DNA of 64,000 bases. Source: a virus. The notes beneath the pieces were generated by a model that made no database searches, had not been told where the DNA came from, and worked only from the letters and a program-made list of their open reading frames with translations. The stretch's first letter is position 1. The number at the start of each line of letters is the position of its first letter. A program made the position numbers and the translations under genes. The stretch lies in IMG/VR virus record IMGVR_UViG_3300022752_000048, positions 15,377 to 79,376 of that record. One strand, given 5' to 3'. This document shows, piece by piece, positions 9,719 to 20,900 of this stretch.

Positions 9719-9787
9719 ACGTAATACCTTTGTTAATTTCTGGCTAGAAATTACGCCTGAGCACTAATTGCTGGCCAGAATCTATGT

Positions 9788-9824
9788 GTGGCTTATGCCA
9801 GTGACCGCAATTAAATTGTAACAC
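9788..9824 (-). promoter_or_regulatory. Candidate late promoter (TGT-TACAAT) plus short hairpin upstream of fibre C
   Basis: Minus strand reads GTGTTACAATTTAAT-N7-ACTGGCATAAGCCAC, conserved with 2795..2831. Confidence 0.6.
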
Positions 9825-9843
9825 GACAGTTTTTAAATATTTT

Positions 9844-10221
9844 TTAATTGAAAAAGTTGATGATTAACTCGCTGTTAGCGCCCGGAACAACAGATTCTGG
9901 CCTATAACAAATGCGTGTTGATGCATCAATTTGAATCAATCCGTAGCCACCGCCACCGGGAATAATTCTAAAAAGAACCGTTTCAGATCCTGATGCTCCG
10001 GTTGCTAATACTTCTACTTCACCACTAGAGCTGAATACTTCAATCATCGTGACTTTAGCTGCAGAAGAACTGAAAAGCTCAAGCCACGCCGATGTGCTTA
10101 CCGTTACAGATGTTGGTGTGCCTAGATCTTTATATAATTGCGCAGAGCCGCCGCCTTGATGAACAAGACGAATCGAAGATAATGCTTTTTTCTTTCCGCG
10201 TTCTGTTCCTGAATATGCCAT
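9844..10221 (-). CDS. Hypothetical virion protein (beta-rich)
   Basis: 125-aa ORF with GGAGA RBS, in the structural operon. Confidence 0.6.
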   Translation of the reverse strand: MAYSGTERGKKKALSSIRLVHQGGGSAQLYKDLGTPTSVTVSTSAWLELFSSSAAKVTMIEVFSSSGEVEVLATGASGSETVLFRIIPGGGGYGLIQIDASTRICYRPESVVPGANSELIINFFN

Positions 10222-10236
10222 TTTATCTATCTCCGA

Positions 10237-13200
10237 TTAAATAATATACCAACGGCTTGTACCGTCGCTTTGTAATGTAACGGATTCTCCGTCTCTTTCA
10301 ATAACAAATGGAACGTTTATGGTGTTAAATTCTACGTATTCATTAGAAGCAGGGGCAAGCTGAATAGATCTTCCGGTTGTTGATGCGTTATTTCCAATGT
10401 CTTTTATAACCAAAATACGTTTTGTGGCGGCTAAGGGTAGCGTAATTGTACATCCAGACACTGTAGTATTCACATTAAGAATTACATCAGTTGGTTGTAC
10501 TGTGTATGTTGCAGAAGAGATGCTTGTTGAATTTACAGAAACCGCGCCAAGCAATTTAACCGCAGTTGAAGACAATTCAAGAACGGCGGTTGATGTGCCA
10601 TTGCCAACATTTGAATATGTGTTTGCGCCAAATTGTAAAATATCAGTAAATTCAAATTTATTAACAACAGGGGTATTAAGATCAACGTAATCATAGATTT
10701 TAAAACATAGATCCGCCGCCGGGCTTATTAGCTGCCAACCAGATAATGCGTCGTAAAAATACGCTCTACCACCACCGTATGATGTATCGGCTTTTGAAAC
10801 AATTTTTACGCAATTATCTAGATATGATGGAGATGAAGGGGGTAATAATCCAGCAATTGGAACAACTTCTGCAGCAAGAAGGTAGGTTCCTGCGGCGAGT
10901 GTTTGCAATTCATAAAAATTAAAATCAGTGAAAGAAGTTTGGAATCCGATAGGAAATCCTAACAAATTCAATGGCGCTGATGTTGCAATTGGTGTTGATT
11001 GAACAACACCGCCAATGACTTGATACAGGGCCACTGTCATAGTTCCAGATAAATTAGGAACGAGTGTTGGCGCAACGGTTGATAGCTGTAAACTAATTTT
11101 CTGAAAATTGGTTGTAGAAGACAAAATAAAAGTTTGACCAATACGCCTATTAGTTGAATTGAATGAAACAGAAGTTACTTCTGCCGGTTCTGGACCGTTT
11201 TGTATAGAAGTGGTTACATTAAATAATGTCTCTTTAGTTCTTAACGCAATTGCAGAATTATTTTGACTATTTCTTATTCTAAATGAATCAGATTGATATT
11301 TTTTAATATCTAAAACATACGGCCCATCGTTTTGGCCTAAATTAAGTCGTTTATAGTTATTTTCCCAGAAAAAATTGCTATTATTTTGTGCCGCTTTAAA
11401 TGTACTATCAATAAATAATACTGATCCGGCTTGAAATGTAGGAAACGAGATAGAGGTGATATATGCGGTGTTCCAGGGATACGTTTCTGAACCGAGATTA
11501 TAATTATTTGATGATGGAACTAGACTTGTGCTAAATTTACCATTTGCGTTAATTGTAGTTGTTGAATCAACACCTAAATTAATAGTTCCATTTGCCTCCA
11601 AAGAAGATGAAAAAATGGCATTTTGAGCATACAAATAGGCCCAAGGATTTGCTAATGAACCTAAATTTTTACCGGAATTAGGAATGATGTTTGAATTTAC
11701 ATTTCCGACAAACGAGCTTGTTGCATTAATTGTAAGAATATCAGATGATGCATCTCCAATAACTGCATCGCCGTAAGTTGTTAGATTATTTAAAAAAGCA
11801 TTCCATAATTTTGATGATGAACCCAATGCTGTATTTGAAGTCTCTGGTAAAAGACCTGTAGCTACTACTGATATACCAGATGATGTTGCTTTTAACTCAA
11901 CATTTGCGCCGGTGTTACTAATTTTAAAATAATTTAAGGAATTAGAAGGAGAATAAATCTCCCATCCTAATCTATCGGATGAAATTAAAATTTTACCGGA
12001 AATAGTTGGGTTAGTTGTTGTACCAAAATTCGTTTCATTAAATGCCGCGCTATTTACAGCTGTATTTTGTATCTCAAAATACGAATTAGTTAAAATACCA
12101 GTTACTGTGAATTGGCCATTGTTTTGACTAAAAGAAAATCCAGATATTAAAATGACAGAACCGATTTCGATATTTCCGGTATTAACCGCTGAATATCTAA
12201 CAGTATTACCATTTTGCCAGGTTGGATTAGAAATTGTAAGAAAAGAACTGCTAGCTTCTTCAACAAGAATACCGCTATTTTGTGCGGTACCATTAAGTCC
12301 GCCGACATTTAATGAAAGAGTTTTGTCTGTAACAAAAGATTGTATAGTTTGGGTTGTTGTTACTGTACCATTAATATTGATAATATCAGAAGATCCGCCA
12401 ATATTAATGGTGGTTTTTCCGGTGCCCGTACCAATATTAATTGTTTTTGTTAAAGAACCTGTACCAATATTAACAAATTGTGTTGCGGAATCAATTCCAA
12501 TATTAAGTTCATTTGCAGTATTGCCGGATTCAACCGAACCCTTTATTGATGCAACGGATTCAACTTGCAATCCAGTACCAGAAGATTTGCTGAAATATGC
12601 AACGTCAGAAAAAACAGAAGTTCCGTTTACGTTAAAATTTTCAGATAAAGAAGCAGATGTGTTAATTCCAATTCTTCCGGATGTATCTATTTTTATACCA
12701 TTGTTTGAACCAGTTGTTACCTGCAACGGAATGGCGGAAGAAGTATTAAGGACTGCAACTCCAGAATTAAAAAATAAAGAAACTTTATTTGTATCTGTAG
12801 TATCGTTTCTAACAACAACGCCAGACGGTCCAGTGTGCAATTGCTTCCATCTATAACTCAATGTTCCTAAGTCGTAAAAATTATCTACAGATGGGTTAAT
12901 AGGCGAAGCAAAACCTGCATTAATGGTCACAGTATCGGATGGAGAATCGCCAAGAATTGTATTACCATCTACTTGAAGATTAGTGCCAAGCCATAAAGAA
13001 GCCCATCTTTGGGATAAACTTCCTAAATTATTTAAATTGTCTGACGAAGGAACAACCGAAGTTGATATTCTAGCATTTACTGCTAAAATATCGGCACTTG
13101 TATCACCAAGCACTGTGTTGCCATCTACTTGAAGATTAGTGCCCAACCATAAAGAGGCCCATTTAAATAATGAAGAGCCTAAATCAAATGAATTATTTGT

Positions 13201-13941
13201 TGATGGAATAACTGGTGTTGAAACTCTTGCATTTACTGCTAAAATATCGGCACTTGTATCACCAAGCACTGTGTTGCCATCTACTTGAAGATTAGTGCCC
13301 AACCATAAAGATTTCCATCTTAATCCAGATGATCCAAAATCATAAAAATTATCTGTCGATGGAATAACAGAAGAAGCAACTCTTGCATTTAAAGTTAATG
13401 AATCGCTAGTTGCATCGCCAAGAATGATGTTTCCATTTACTTGTAAATCACCAGAAAAAAGTCCGTCAACTGAAGTTAGCTTAACACTGAGCCATAAATT
13501 TTGCCACCTTAAACTATCCTGACCTAAGCTATATAAATTTGTAATAGATGGATCAAAATTACTGGCAATTCTAGCAGTGAATGTGGCTGTGTCTGATGTT
13601 TGGTTACCAACAACTAAAGAATTATCAATTACTAAAGATCCATTTGTTTTTAATGTGCTAATATCAGATCTATATAAATTAACGTCTGGTACATTACCAC
13701 CTCCCAATCCCCATTCAATTAATCCATCGCGTTTAATTGCAAAAAGAGCATTGGTATCGCCCGAAATCCTGCTTTCATAAATTGATGTATTAGCAGGTAA
13801 TTGAGAAGATATTAAAGAATTGACAGTTGTTTGACCAATAACGTAAAGCGTTGAATCAAAATTAACGGCGCCACCAACATCTAAATAGAGCGGTGATGAC
13901 GGTGGAATTTTACCTATGCCAACTCTAGATACAATATGCAT
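10237..13941 (-). CDS. Large tail fibre protein D with 52-aa tandem repeats
   Basis: 1234 aa. Repeats of P...N.YDLGS...RW..LWL.NLQVDGN; C-terminal gp34-like module (TITLPLA...IKDIG...SVTLQSDGTSRWYII). Confidence 0.85.
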   Translation of the reverse strand: MHIVSRVGIGKIPPSSPLYLDVGGAVNFDSTLYVIGQTTVNSLISSQLPANTSIYESRISGDTNALFAIKRDGLIEWGLGGGNVPDVNLYRSDISTLKTNGSLVIDNSLVVGNQTSDTATFTARIASNFDPSITNLYSLGQDSLRWQNLWLSVKLTSVDGLFSGDLQVNGNIILGDATSDSLTLNARVASSVIPSTDNFYDFGSSGLRWKSLWLGTNLQVDGNTVLGDTSADILAVNARVSTPVIPSTNNSFDLGSSLFKWASLWLGTNLQVDGNTVLGDTSADILAVNARISTSVVPSSDNLNNLGSLSQRWASLWLGTNLQVDGNTILGDSPSDTVTINAGFASPINPSVDNFYDLGTLSYRWKQLHTGPSGVVVRNDTTDTNKVSLFFNSGVAVLNTSSAIPLQVTTGSNNGIKIDTSGRIGINTSASLSENFNVNGTSVFSDVAYFSKSSGTGLQVESVASIKGSVESGNTANELNIGIDSATQFVNIGTGSLTKTINIGTGTGKTTINIGGSSDIININGTVTTTQTIQSFVTDKTLSLNVGGLNGTAQNSGILVEEASSSFLTISNPTWQNGNTVRYSAVNTGNIEIGSVILISGFSFSQNNGQFTVTGILTNSYFEIQNTAVNSAAFNETNFGTTTNPTISGKILISSDRLGWEIYSPSNSLNYFKISNTGANVELKATSSGISVVATGLLPETSNTALGSSSKLWNAFLNNLTTYGDAVIGDASSDILTINATSSFVGNVNSNIIPNSGKNLGSLANPWAYLYAQNAIFSSSLEANGTINLGVDSTTTINANGKFSTSLVPSSNNYNLGSETYPWNTAYITSISFPTFQAGSVLFIDSTFKAAQNNSNFFWENNYKRLNLGQNDGPYVLDIKKYQSDSFRIRNSQNNSAIALRTKETLFNVTTSIQNGPEPAEVTSVSFNSTNRRIGQTFILSSTTNFQKISLQLSTVAPTLVPNLSGTMTVALYQVIGGVVQSTPIATSAPLNLLGFPIGFQTSFTDFNFYELQTLAAGTYLLAAEVVPIAGLLPPSSPSYLDNCVKIVSKADTSYGGGRAYFYDALSGWQLISPAADLCFKIYDYVDLNTPVVNKFEFTDILQFGANTYSNVGNGTSTAVLELSSTAVKLLGAVSVNSTSISSATYTVQPTDVILNVNTTVSGCTITLPLAATKRILVIKDIGNNASTTGRSIQLAPASNEYVEFNTINVPFVIERDGESVTLQSDGTSRWYII
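12840..13620 (-). repeat. Intragenic tandem repeat, 156-bp (52-aa) period, about 5 units
   Basis: An 83-bp block is identical at 13073..13155 and 13229..13311 (offset 156); more diverged copies flank it. Confidence 0.9.
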
Positions 13942-13956
13942 TGTAATTATCCATAA

Positions 13957-14211
13957 TTAAACGTTTAATGGAATTTTTTGTCCAACTTTATTTTCCATAT
14001 TTTTTTGCATTGCTAAAACCCAATCAATACCTAGGAAAATTTCGCATTCATCCCATTTTACAATTTCTTTTAAAGAGCCGTCTTCAAAGTATAAAACCAT
14101 TTTACCAGAATCTTTATCAATAGCGTGGCCAATCACCTTATATTTTTTGCAAAAAGAAAAAATATTTAAAAATAAATGCCGGCGATATTTAAAAATATAT
14201 GGATGATTCAT
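13957..14211 (-). CDS. Hypothetical protein
   Basis: 84-aa ORF, TAATG-coupled to the upstream fibre gene; possible fibre assembly factor. Confidence 0.55.
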   Translation of the reverse strand: MNHPYIFKYRRHLFLNIFSFCKKYKVIGHAIDKDSGKMVLYFEDGSLKEIVKWDECEIFLGIDWVLAMQKNMENKVGQKIPLNV

Positions 14212-15698
14212 TATTTAATCCTCATTACATATACAGTAGAAATGTATTTAGGGCGAGAATCATATGAAGACGTCGAACCTGTATTTCCGCTGTTGCCACT
14301 CATATCTGTTGTATAAGTGGTATGTGCATGGTTTAGATCACCACCATCAGAATATTGTTGCCAATATGTAGTAAGATCGTGATCGTGATCCGTATTTACA
14401 TACCCATGGTCATAAAGTCCGCCTTCTCCTTCTACCGCCGACATTGTATTAAGATCAGAACCTAAACCGGAATTAGAAGCAAATCCGGCACCCCAAAATC
14501 CACCTCCGCCTCTTGCCTCCTGAAATTGCTGTCTCCATCTATGCCTATGAAATGAATTAGCTTTTCTTTGTGGTAAAGAATCGTCAGTAGCGTGAGAATG
14601 GCGAGCATTAAATGCGGATGAACCCGACTGTGAGTGCCCATGAGTAATTGTGTGATTATGAGAGGGTATGTTTGCTGTTGAAAGCGTTGTAATATTTGTA
14701 CCACCAGTACTGCCCGCAGTAACATTACCCATCAAAAATACATCATTATTTATTCTTGGAATTGATTGTCCATTTAATGGACTGGTTGCATCGTTTATAA
14801 TCTGATTACCAGATTGTCCGTTGAATCCGCATAATACAAATCCATAGCTGTCTGCAACTGTTGTAGCAGAACAAACATATGCACCAGAAAGATTTGATGC
14901 TAGGGCAATAATTCCACCTACAGGAATAAAACCTACGCCAACTGCGGTGCCCGAAATAGTAAAAGTTCCGGTAACAATTGTGTTATTTAGCGTTTTGTTA
15001 TTTATAGTCTGAGAATTATTTGTGCCAACAAATATATCTGTATTATCTGGAAGAGTCCATACACGATCTGCAGAAGCTTGAGAAAGGATTTTATGAGTAA
15101 ATGCAGAACTGCCAGGTTCTAAAGAAATTATTCCAGATTTATTAGGAGTTTTAAGCAGCCATTCATTTCTGTTTGAAGATGTTTTTACGTATGAAACTAT
15201 TACATTATTTTCTTCAATTTCAAATCCTGCACCAGACGCAGAAGAAGCTGTTCCGTTTTTATTAACCGTAAACAATTTATCAAATACTTGAAGATCGGTT
15301 GATTGTATTTTATTAAAAATGCCAAAAATATTAACAGTAGAATTATTATTTCCAATATTAATCGTGGTCGCAGAAACTGTACCAATATTTATAATTGCGC
15401 CATCAGATTCAACAGAACCTGCATTTTTTATAACTAAATTCTGTGTGTAGGTATTGCTCCAAAATAAAGAAGAAGAGCCGAAATTTCTTGAAAGAGTCGT
15501 AGAAGGCTCAACGTTTGTATCAATTCGTCCATTTACAGAAATTAAATCAGCTGTTGTATCGCCTAACTCTACACCGGCATTAAAAAATGCAGTATTTTGA
15601 AAAAATACTTGAGAATCAAAATTAGAAGATCCAGAAACATCTAAATGATAAACTGATCCAGGATCTTTACCTATGCCGACTCTACTAATAATTCTCAT
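14211..15698 (-). CDS. Tail fibre protein E with His-x-His metal-binding needle tip
   Basis: Collar-like segment (PVGGIIA...GFVLC), six HxH motifs and C-terminal RPKYISTVYVMRIK, as in T4 gp12/gp37-type tips. Confidence 0.8.
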   Translation of the reverse strand: MRIISRVGIGKDPGSVYHLDVSGSSNFDSQVFFQNTAFFNAGVELGDTTADLISVNGRIDTNVEPSTTLSRNFGSSSLFWSNTYTQNLVIKNAGSVESDGAIINIGTVSATTINIGNNNSTVNIFGIFNKIQSTDLQVFDKLFTVNKNGTASSASGAGFEIEENNVIVSYVKTSSNRNEWLLKTPNKSGIISLEPGSSAFTHKILSQASADRVWTLPDNTDIFVGTNNSQTINNKTLNNTIVTGTFTISGTAVGVGFIPVGGIIALASNLSGAYVCSATTVADSYGFVLCGFNGQSGNQIINDATSPLNGQSIPRINNDVFLMGNVTAGSTGGTNITTLSTANIPSHNHTITHGHSQSGSSAFNARHSHATDDSLPQRKANSFHRHRWRQQFQEARGGGGFWGAGFASNSGLGSDLNTMSAVEGEGGLYDHGYVNTDHDHDLTTYWQQYSDGGDLNHAHTTYTTDMSGNSGNTGSTSSYDSRPKYISTVYVMRIK

Positions 15699-15702
15699 TT
15701 TA

Positions 15703-17985
15703 TCACCTTAGATGCCTTGTAAACATTACTGTCAAAGACTGAGCGCCATCTGGCGTTGGTGCTAGAGTCACTCCAGTACTAGATTGTGTTCCACCAATCC
15801 ACACGTTTTGCCCAGTAGATGTAATTCGTGCGTTCCACATAAAATCAGAAGTCAACCTTAAAAATCCATGATTGACAACGGTTGTCGCAGAAGTGCTTGT
15901 CGTCACTCCTGTAATAATTTTAGTTAAATCACGTTGTAATGCAAGTCCTTCGATTTGGACTACTGAACCATCAAAGAACTGGAGGCTTACAACACCATTA
16001 ACGGTCGTTCTTCTAGCAATTAGCAGAACGTTTTTATTGCGAAGATCTCGACGCGGGTTTTGCGATGCTGGTAAAACTTGGTAAGTATTATCAGCGGCTC
16101 CGGGCTTATAATAATCTACTATGCCGGATGAAAGCGTCACTGGAGTGGATGTGGTCGTATCATCTAATCGTACCCATAATCCATCGCCATCATTAGAGAA
16201 CAATAAAGAAACAGATGAAATATTAAATGTCTGCCAAGCGTCGGCGTTATTTAAACCAACTTCTACTAAGTTGGAAGTACGGCGTTTTTGAATAGTTAAA
16301 ACATCAGTATTCAACGAGGATAGCGCTCCAGCCCCATCCATTTGAATACCATAATTTAATTTAAGAAATAAGTTTGGAATGCTACGAATCGGCGAAGAAT
16401 CCGCATCTTCCATAAGGGGGACTTCTTCACCCGGTTGCATAACACCATAGTTACGCAATTGAAACAAGTCGCCTTTTCGTCGACCGAGGAAATATAAGTT
16501 AATATCATCAACAGGGAGAATCAATGGGGAGACGTCTACACTCTGTACTTTTAGCCCTTGGGCATCAGATGTTACGAACAAGTCGGATAATTGATATCTA
16601 GACCTAAACCACCTGAATGGTTCCGTTGTGGGTGTATCGATGGGAAACTCAACAATCAATGCAGTTGTAATTGCAGTAGACACACGACCAGTGGTGCTAT
16701 AAACAATTCCGCCTTCTACCAGGCCAACTACTCGATTATATTGATAATAATCTTCACCAAGCTTGCGAATATAATCGCCAATTGCCACACCAGTGAAATC
16801 ACCTTCTTGGCCGGAAACAGTATATTCTTGGAGCGGTGGCGTAGGAATGAGAAGTGTTTCGACACCCCATTTAACGCTATTTCCGCTAGAATCTACTGGA
16901 ATTTTTTCACGATCTAGTTTTACAAAAAACGCAGCATTGTCCGGAATTGACGCAGTAAAATCTGTGCTTGTAAACACTCTATTAGTAAATGCGTTTACAA
17001 AAGAGCCGCCAATTTCCCATTTTACAGGGCCGTAGTTCATGGCAAGACCAAGAGGGCTTGACGAGCCACTTAAAGAACCGCTTTTAAGTTGAGTTCCAGT
17101 CCACGATAAAGTACGACCATCAATTGATGGCATAAAAGATGTTGCGTTAGGATTCAAAAACAAAAGGTTTGGAATGGTTTTTCCAGCGATTGGTGTGTAC
17201 CAACTTGCAGAACCTTTCATTTCTGCAATAATAGTCATTGTAGCATCCATCCAATCTTTAAGATTGGTCAGAGCCTTATCATTAATAATACCGTTTGCGT
17301 CTTGAGTATAATATGGATTTTGTGGCGTAAATTGATTCAAATAAATTGCTTGAGCCGGGAGAGCGTTTTCTACACGAGTAGAAGACCATGCATATTTTTT
17401 GTATGGACTTGGAAGTGCTCCGCCAGATCCTAATCGGAAAAATAGGTCGCGAGCATCCGAAATATCAATAACGCCGGCACTGCCAGTCCTCAAAATTGCA
17501 AGAGGAATCGCATCTACTGAAAATCCTTCGGTGTTATATCTAAGTTGCAATTTTACAATCGATTGAAAATCAACGGACGCATTAAACTCTTGCCCTGCTG
17601 GGTTTTGATCATTTGTATTACTAGGGTCGAAAAATGCGGCAGTAACGGGAGTTTCTGTAACTCTCTCTAGAAATGCTTCCAAAAATACTTTTTCTGTGCT
17701 AGGCGGAACGTTAATAATTTCGTCTGATGCGTCAGCCAATCCATAATAAAAACATGCTTCATTATCTAGAGGAAAAAGAATAATAGAATTAGCAACTTTT
17801 ACAGTTACGGTAAAACCGTTTAGTGCTGTGATTTCTAAACCACGAACCACATAGTTTTTTTCAAGACCGTTTAAAATATATGAAAAAGCGCGTAAATCAA
17901 AGGCGTTAAATGAATCTGTGGCAATGACATGTTGCAAATCTAATCTTTGTTGAGAAAGATAATTCACTCTGCTTAAAATTGCCAT
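15703..17985 (-). CDS. Baseplate/tail-fibre attachment protein (putative)
   Basis: 760 aa, beta-rich, located between wedge and fibre genes; N-terminus RVNYLSQQRLD...NYVVRGLEI. Confidence 0.5.
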   Translation of the reverse strand: MAILSRVNYLSQQRLDLQHVIATDSFNAFDLRAFSYILNGLEKNYVVRGLEITALNGFTVTVKVANSIILFPLDNEACFYYGLADASDEIINVPPSTEKVFLEAFLERVTETPVTAAFFDPSNTNDQNPAGQEFNASVDFQSIVKLQLRYNTEGFSVDAIPLAILRTGSAGVIDISDARDLFFRLGSGGALPSPYKKYAWSSTRVENALPAQAIYLNQFTPQNPYYTQDANGIINDKALTNLKDWMDATMTIIAEMKGSASWYTPIAGKTIPNLLFLNPNATSFMPSIDGRTLSWTGTQLKSGSLSGSSSPLGLAMNYGPVKWEIGGSFVNAFTNRVFTSTDFTASIPDNAAFFVKLDREKIPVDSSGNSVKWGVETLLIPTPPLQEYTVSGQEGDFTGVAIGDYIRKLGEDYYQYNRVVGLVEGGIVYSTTGRVSTAITTALIVEFPIDTPTTEPFRWFRSRYQLSDLFVTSDAQGLKVQSVDVSPLILPVDDINLYFLGRRKGDLFQLRNYGVMQPGEEVPLMEDADSSPIRSIPNLFLKLNYGIQMDGAGALSSLNTDVLTIQKRRTSNLVEVGLNNADAWQTFNISSVSLLFSNDGDGLWVRLDDTTTSTPVTLSSGIVDYYKPGAADNTYQVLPASQNPRRDLRNKNVLLIARRTTVNGVVSLQFFDGSVVQIEGLALQRDLTKIITGVTTSTSATTVVNHGFLRLTSDFMWNARITSTGQNVWIGGTQSSTGVTLAPTPDGAQSLTVMFTRHLR

Positions 17986-17995
17986 TATTTATCAC

Positions 17996-20900
17996 CTATG
18001 CTTGAAACGGCGCAATTCCTGAATCATCATATTTTAGATCTGGTAATTGGACCTGTATATTTAATTTTACCCCAACACTTACAAGCTGCTCTAGAGTCTT
18101 TTGAAGAGTAACGCGCACTTGGGTTGCACCGGTAATATACACGGGATATTCCTTTCCTGCAATTCCGATAGTGGGTGCTGATGTTTGACTAATAACTCTG
18201 ACAACTGAATTATTTTCATGCGATTGCTTAAAGATATAAGCTGGATCGATTTTTAATTGAGTAGGAGAGCCGTCAATAACTAAATCATATTTAATAGGCC
18301 CTTCTTGCCGTGAATTTCCGTAATTGATCATAACGAACCCAGAAGAAGGGAGGTTGCCTATTCCGTCTATAAGAATAATTCCTGGAGATTCAAACGCCAC
18401 AATAGGCTGTTCAAGCCTACAAAATTTATCTGAAATAACATACGGAGAATACGTACCTACTGGATCATATAAATAAGAACCTACAATGTACTCATTTTCA
18501 GGGACGTTTGCAGAAACTAAATACAATTTTGAATTTTTAAAGAATGTTTCCTTGTTCCATTCAGAAAGTGGTTTCTGCATGTAGTATTTAAACTCTGTAC
18601 CGCCAAATTCTCCAGATCGTTTACATTTACCGTCACGAATAATCACCCATGTATTTGGAATAAAGGGGTTGTAATCTAATGGAATACCAATATTGGATTT
18701 AAAATAAACATATTTACCTTCTTGGCTGTGAACCTGCAGATAAATTGTTTTTAAATAGGTTGCAATACCATATCTAGATTCTGGAATAAAACCAAAGTCT
18801 AATAGTTTAACAGTTGAGCCTTCTTGAAAATTTGCATATCCACGAGAAATACGATCCGGGAACTCAAACGCAATATCAGTTTTCCGTATTGGATCTGGTC
18901 TAAATATTACGTTAAATCCATAAATCCACGCGCCATCGTATTTAATAGGAGCGCCAAGAGGCGCATCATTTGCTGAAGGCGAGGCGACTTTATAAACTGC
19001 TGGAGTCGAAATACTCGGATAAAAACCGCTTTTAAGACGAAGTTTTGTATTAGAAACAATAGATGCTACTTCGCGATTTTGTCCCGTTGCTAATACCAAC
19101 AAATCACCCGGTTGGACTTGTGTTAAAAACTGAGTGCCAACACCAGCTACGTTTTTGCCAATAGTTGTAATAGTTCCAGAGCCATAGGGCGCAGGGCCAG
19201 TTCCTAAAATTTCAAAAATAAATTTTTGTTGACTGTCAACTCGTTTAATTTTATGGGCTTTATCAATATCTGCTCTTAGTAGTTTTCCGTTAACAGATTC
19301 AACGGGATTAAAATAACTTGCCATCAAAAAAACATCTACACGCAAATCTTCAGTAGTGTTCATGTATTTTAATTGGAATTGAGTATCGCTTTGGATTCCA
19401 TTAATATCTGTAAAAAATATGCGGGGGCCTTCAAATATAGAATTTGGCAAAAGACCCATATTATTAGCCGGATCTTGCCTGATTCGTATTTCGGTAATCA
19501 GATTAGTAGAAAACAAATTATGTATAACCGTGATGCTATTTTCGCTCAGAGGGGAGGCTGGCAAAAGAATGTTTATAGCCACGGCTCGTGTGAAATTTTG
19601 AAACACATGTTGATAATCTAAAACGTATGTATTAACATTTGTTAAAGATTGGTGTGGGGCAGAAATAAATTTTACATTATTTGGGTCATCTACTATTCTA
19701 ATCCCGTGCAAATTTGAGTTAATATCCGCATCTGACATCATAAAGGATGTGAATTGTGTATTGAAATTATGCGTATAAGTGGTTTGTGTATCTACATTAG
19801 GATATGAATTAGGGCCAATTGATAGTGTGACTTCACCAGGCGTAACCGCTGGATTCATTGAGCACATGATAGCTCTTACGAATCGTTCATCTGGCATTGG
19901 AATGCATTTTAAAATAGTGCTATTATCTGCATCTTCAGGATCTGGTTCATAATTAAAATAATATTTTTCATTAGTAGATTCATCCGCAAATTGGATATAA
20001 AGAAGTTGAGTATCCATTCCGTTTTCAAACGAAACTTCATCTGTATTTGGCGGAATCCTGATATTTTTTACTGTTTTATGTTTAAAAATAGGTTGGTCAA
20101 GATTTGTGTCTTGAAAGACAACTTCTTCAATATTTTCTAAATTATGCCGCAATCCCGGCGTATGGACAAATAATTCAGAATTATCTACTAATCCTCCAAC
20201 GGGATTAGTCATTTCTATAGCCTCAAAAGCAATTTGGCACTCAACGGGGGATAAAAATGGAGTACTATTCTGTATAGAACCATCTATAGATAATGCCTGT
20301 GTGCCACCTGATGGTTGTTCTTTATTTGTATAATAAAAATATTTTTCTATGAATCCATTTAAAAATTTTGCCGATTCAAACGCAACTACTCCAGATTCTG
20401 GAAATGAGTTTGGATACGGAATAATAAGTTTGTTAGATTCAATATCGAGCAATTGAACTGATTGACTTCTAAACCTAGAAACACCTTCTTGGTTTTTTCT
20501 AATAATTGGCGGAATTACCGGAATACTAATATCTACGGTGCCTGCACTTGCTTCGGTAATATATGCATACTGATCATTAGTGAAAATTGTTTTAAACTCT
20601 TGGCTAGTAACTGCAAAATTATTACTGGATTCTTGTGTCCACAAAACATTTGTATAGGGAAATTCGAAAGAATTTATTTCAAAATAATCATAACCACAAT
20701 CTATAACTTCAAATGTTCCGTTTAGTTTTGAAAATAGAATTGTAGATGTGTCTTGTAGATTATATATAGATATAAAGTCGCCAGTATTAATAGACGCTAA
20801 GTTAGGATTTGAACCCCCAACCCAAGTAAACCTAATTGTTTTTGAATATGTTGCATCGGAAAAATGGGAGATATTCCATTCAGTTCCAGCTAAATTACAC

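Noticed and set aside
12840-13620. CRISPR-like repeat/spacer pattern
   Set aside because: The repeats are in-frame coding units of 156 bp with homologous intervening sequence; no cas genes.
1-15698. Diversity-generating retroelement or shufflon acting on the fibre genes
   Set aside because: No reverse transcriptase or invertase in the window, all fibre genes are co-oriented, and repeat differences are not adenine-specific.
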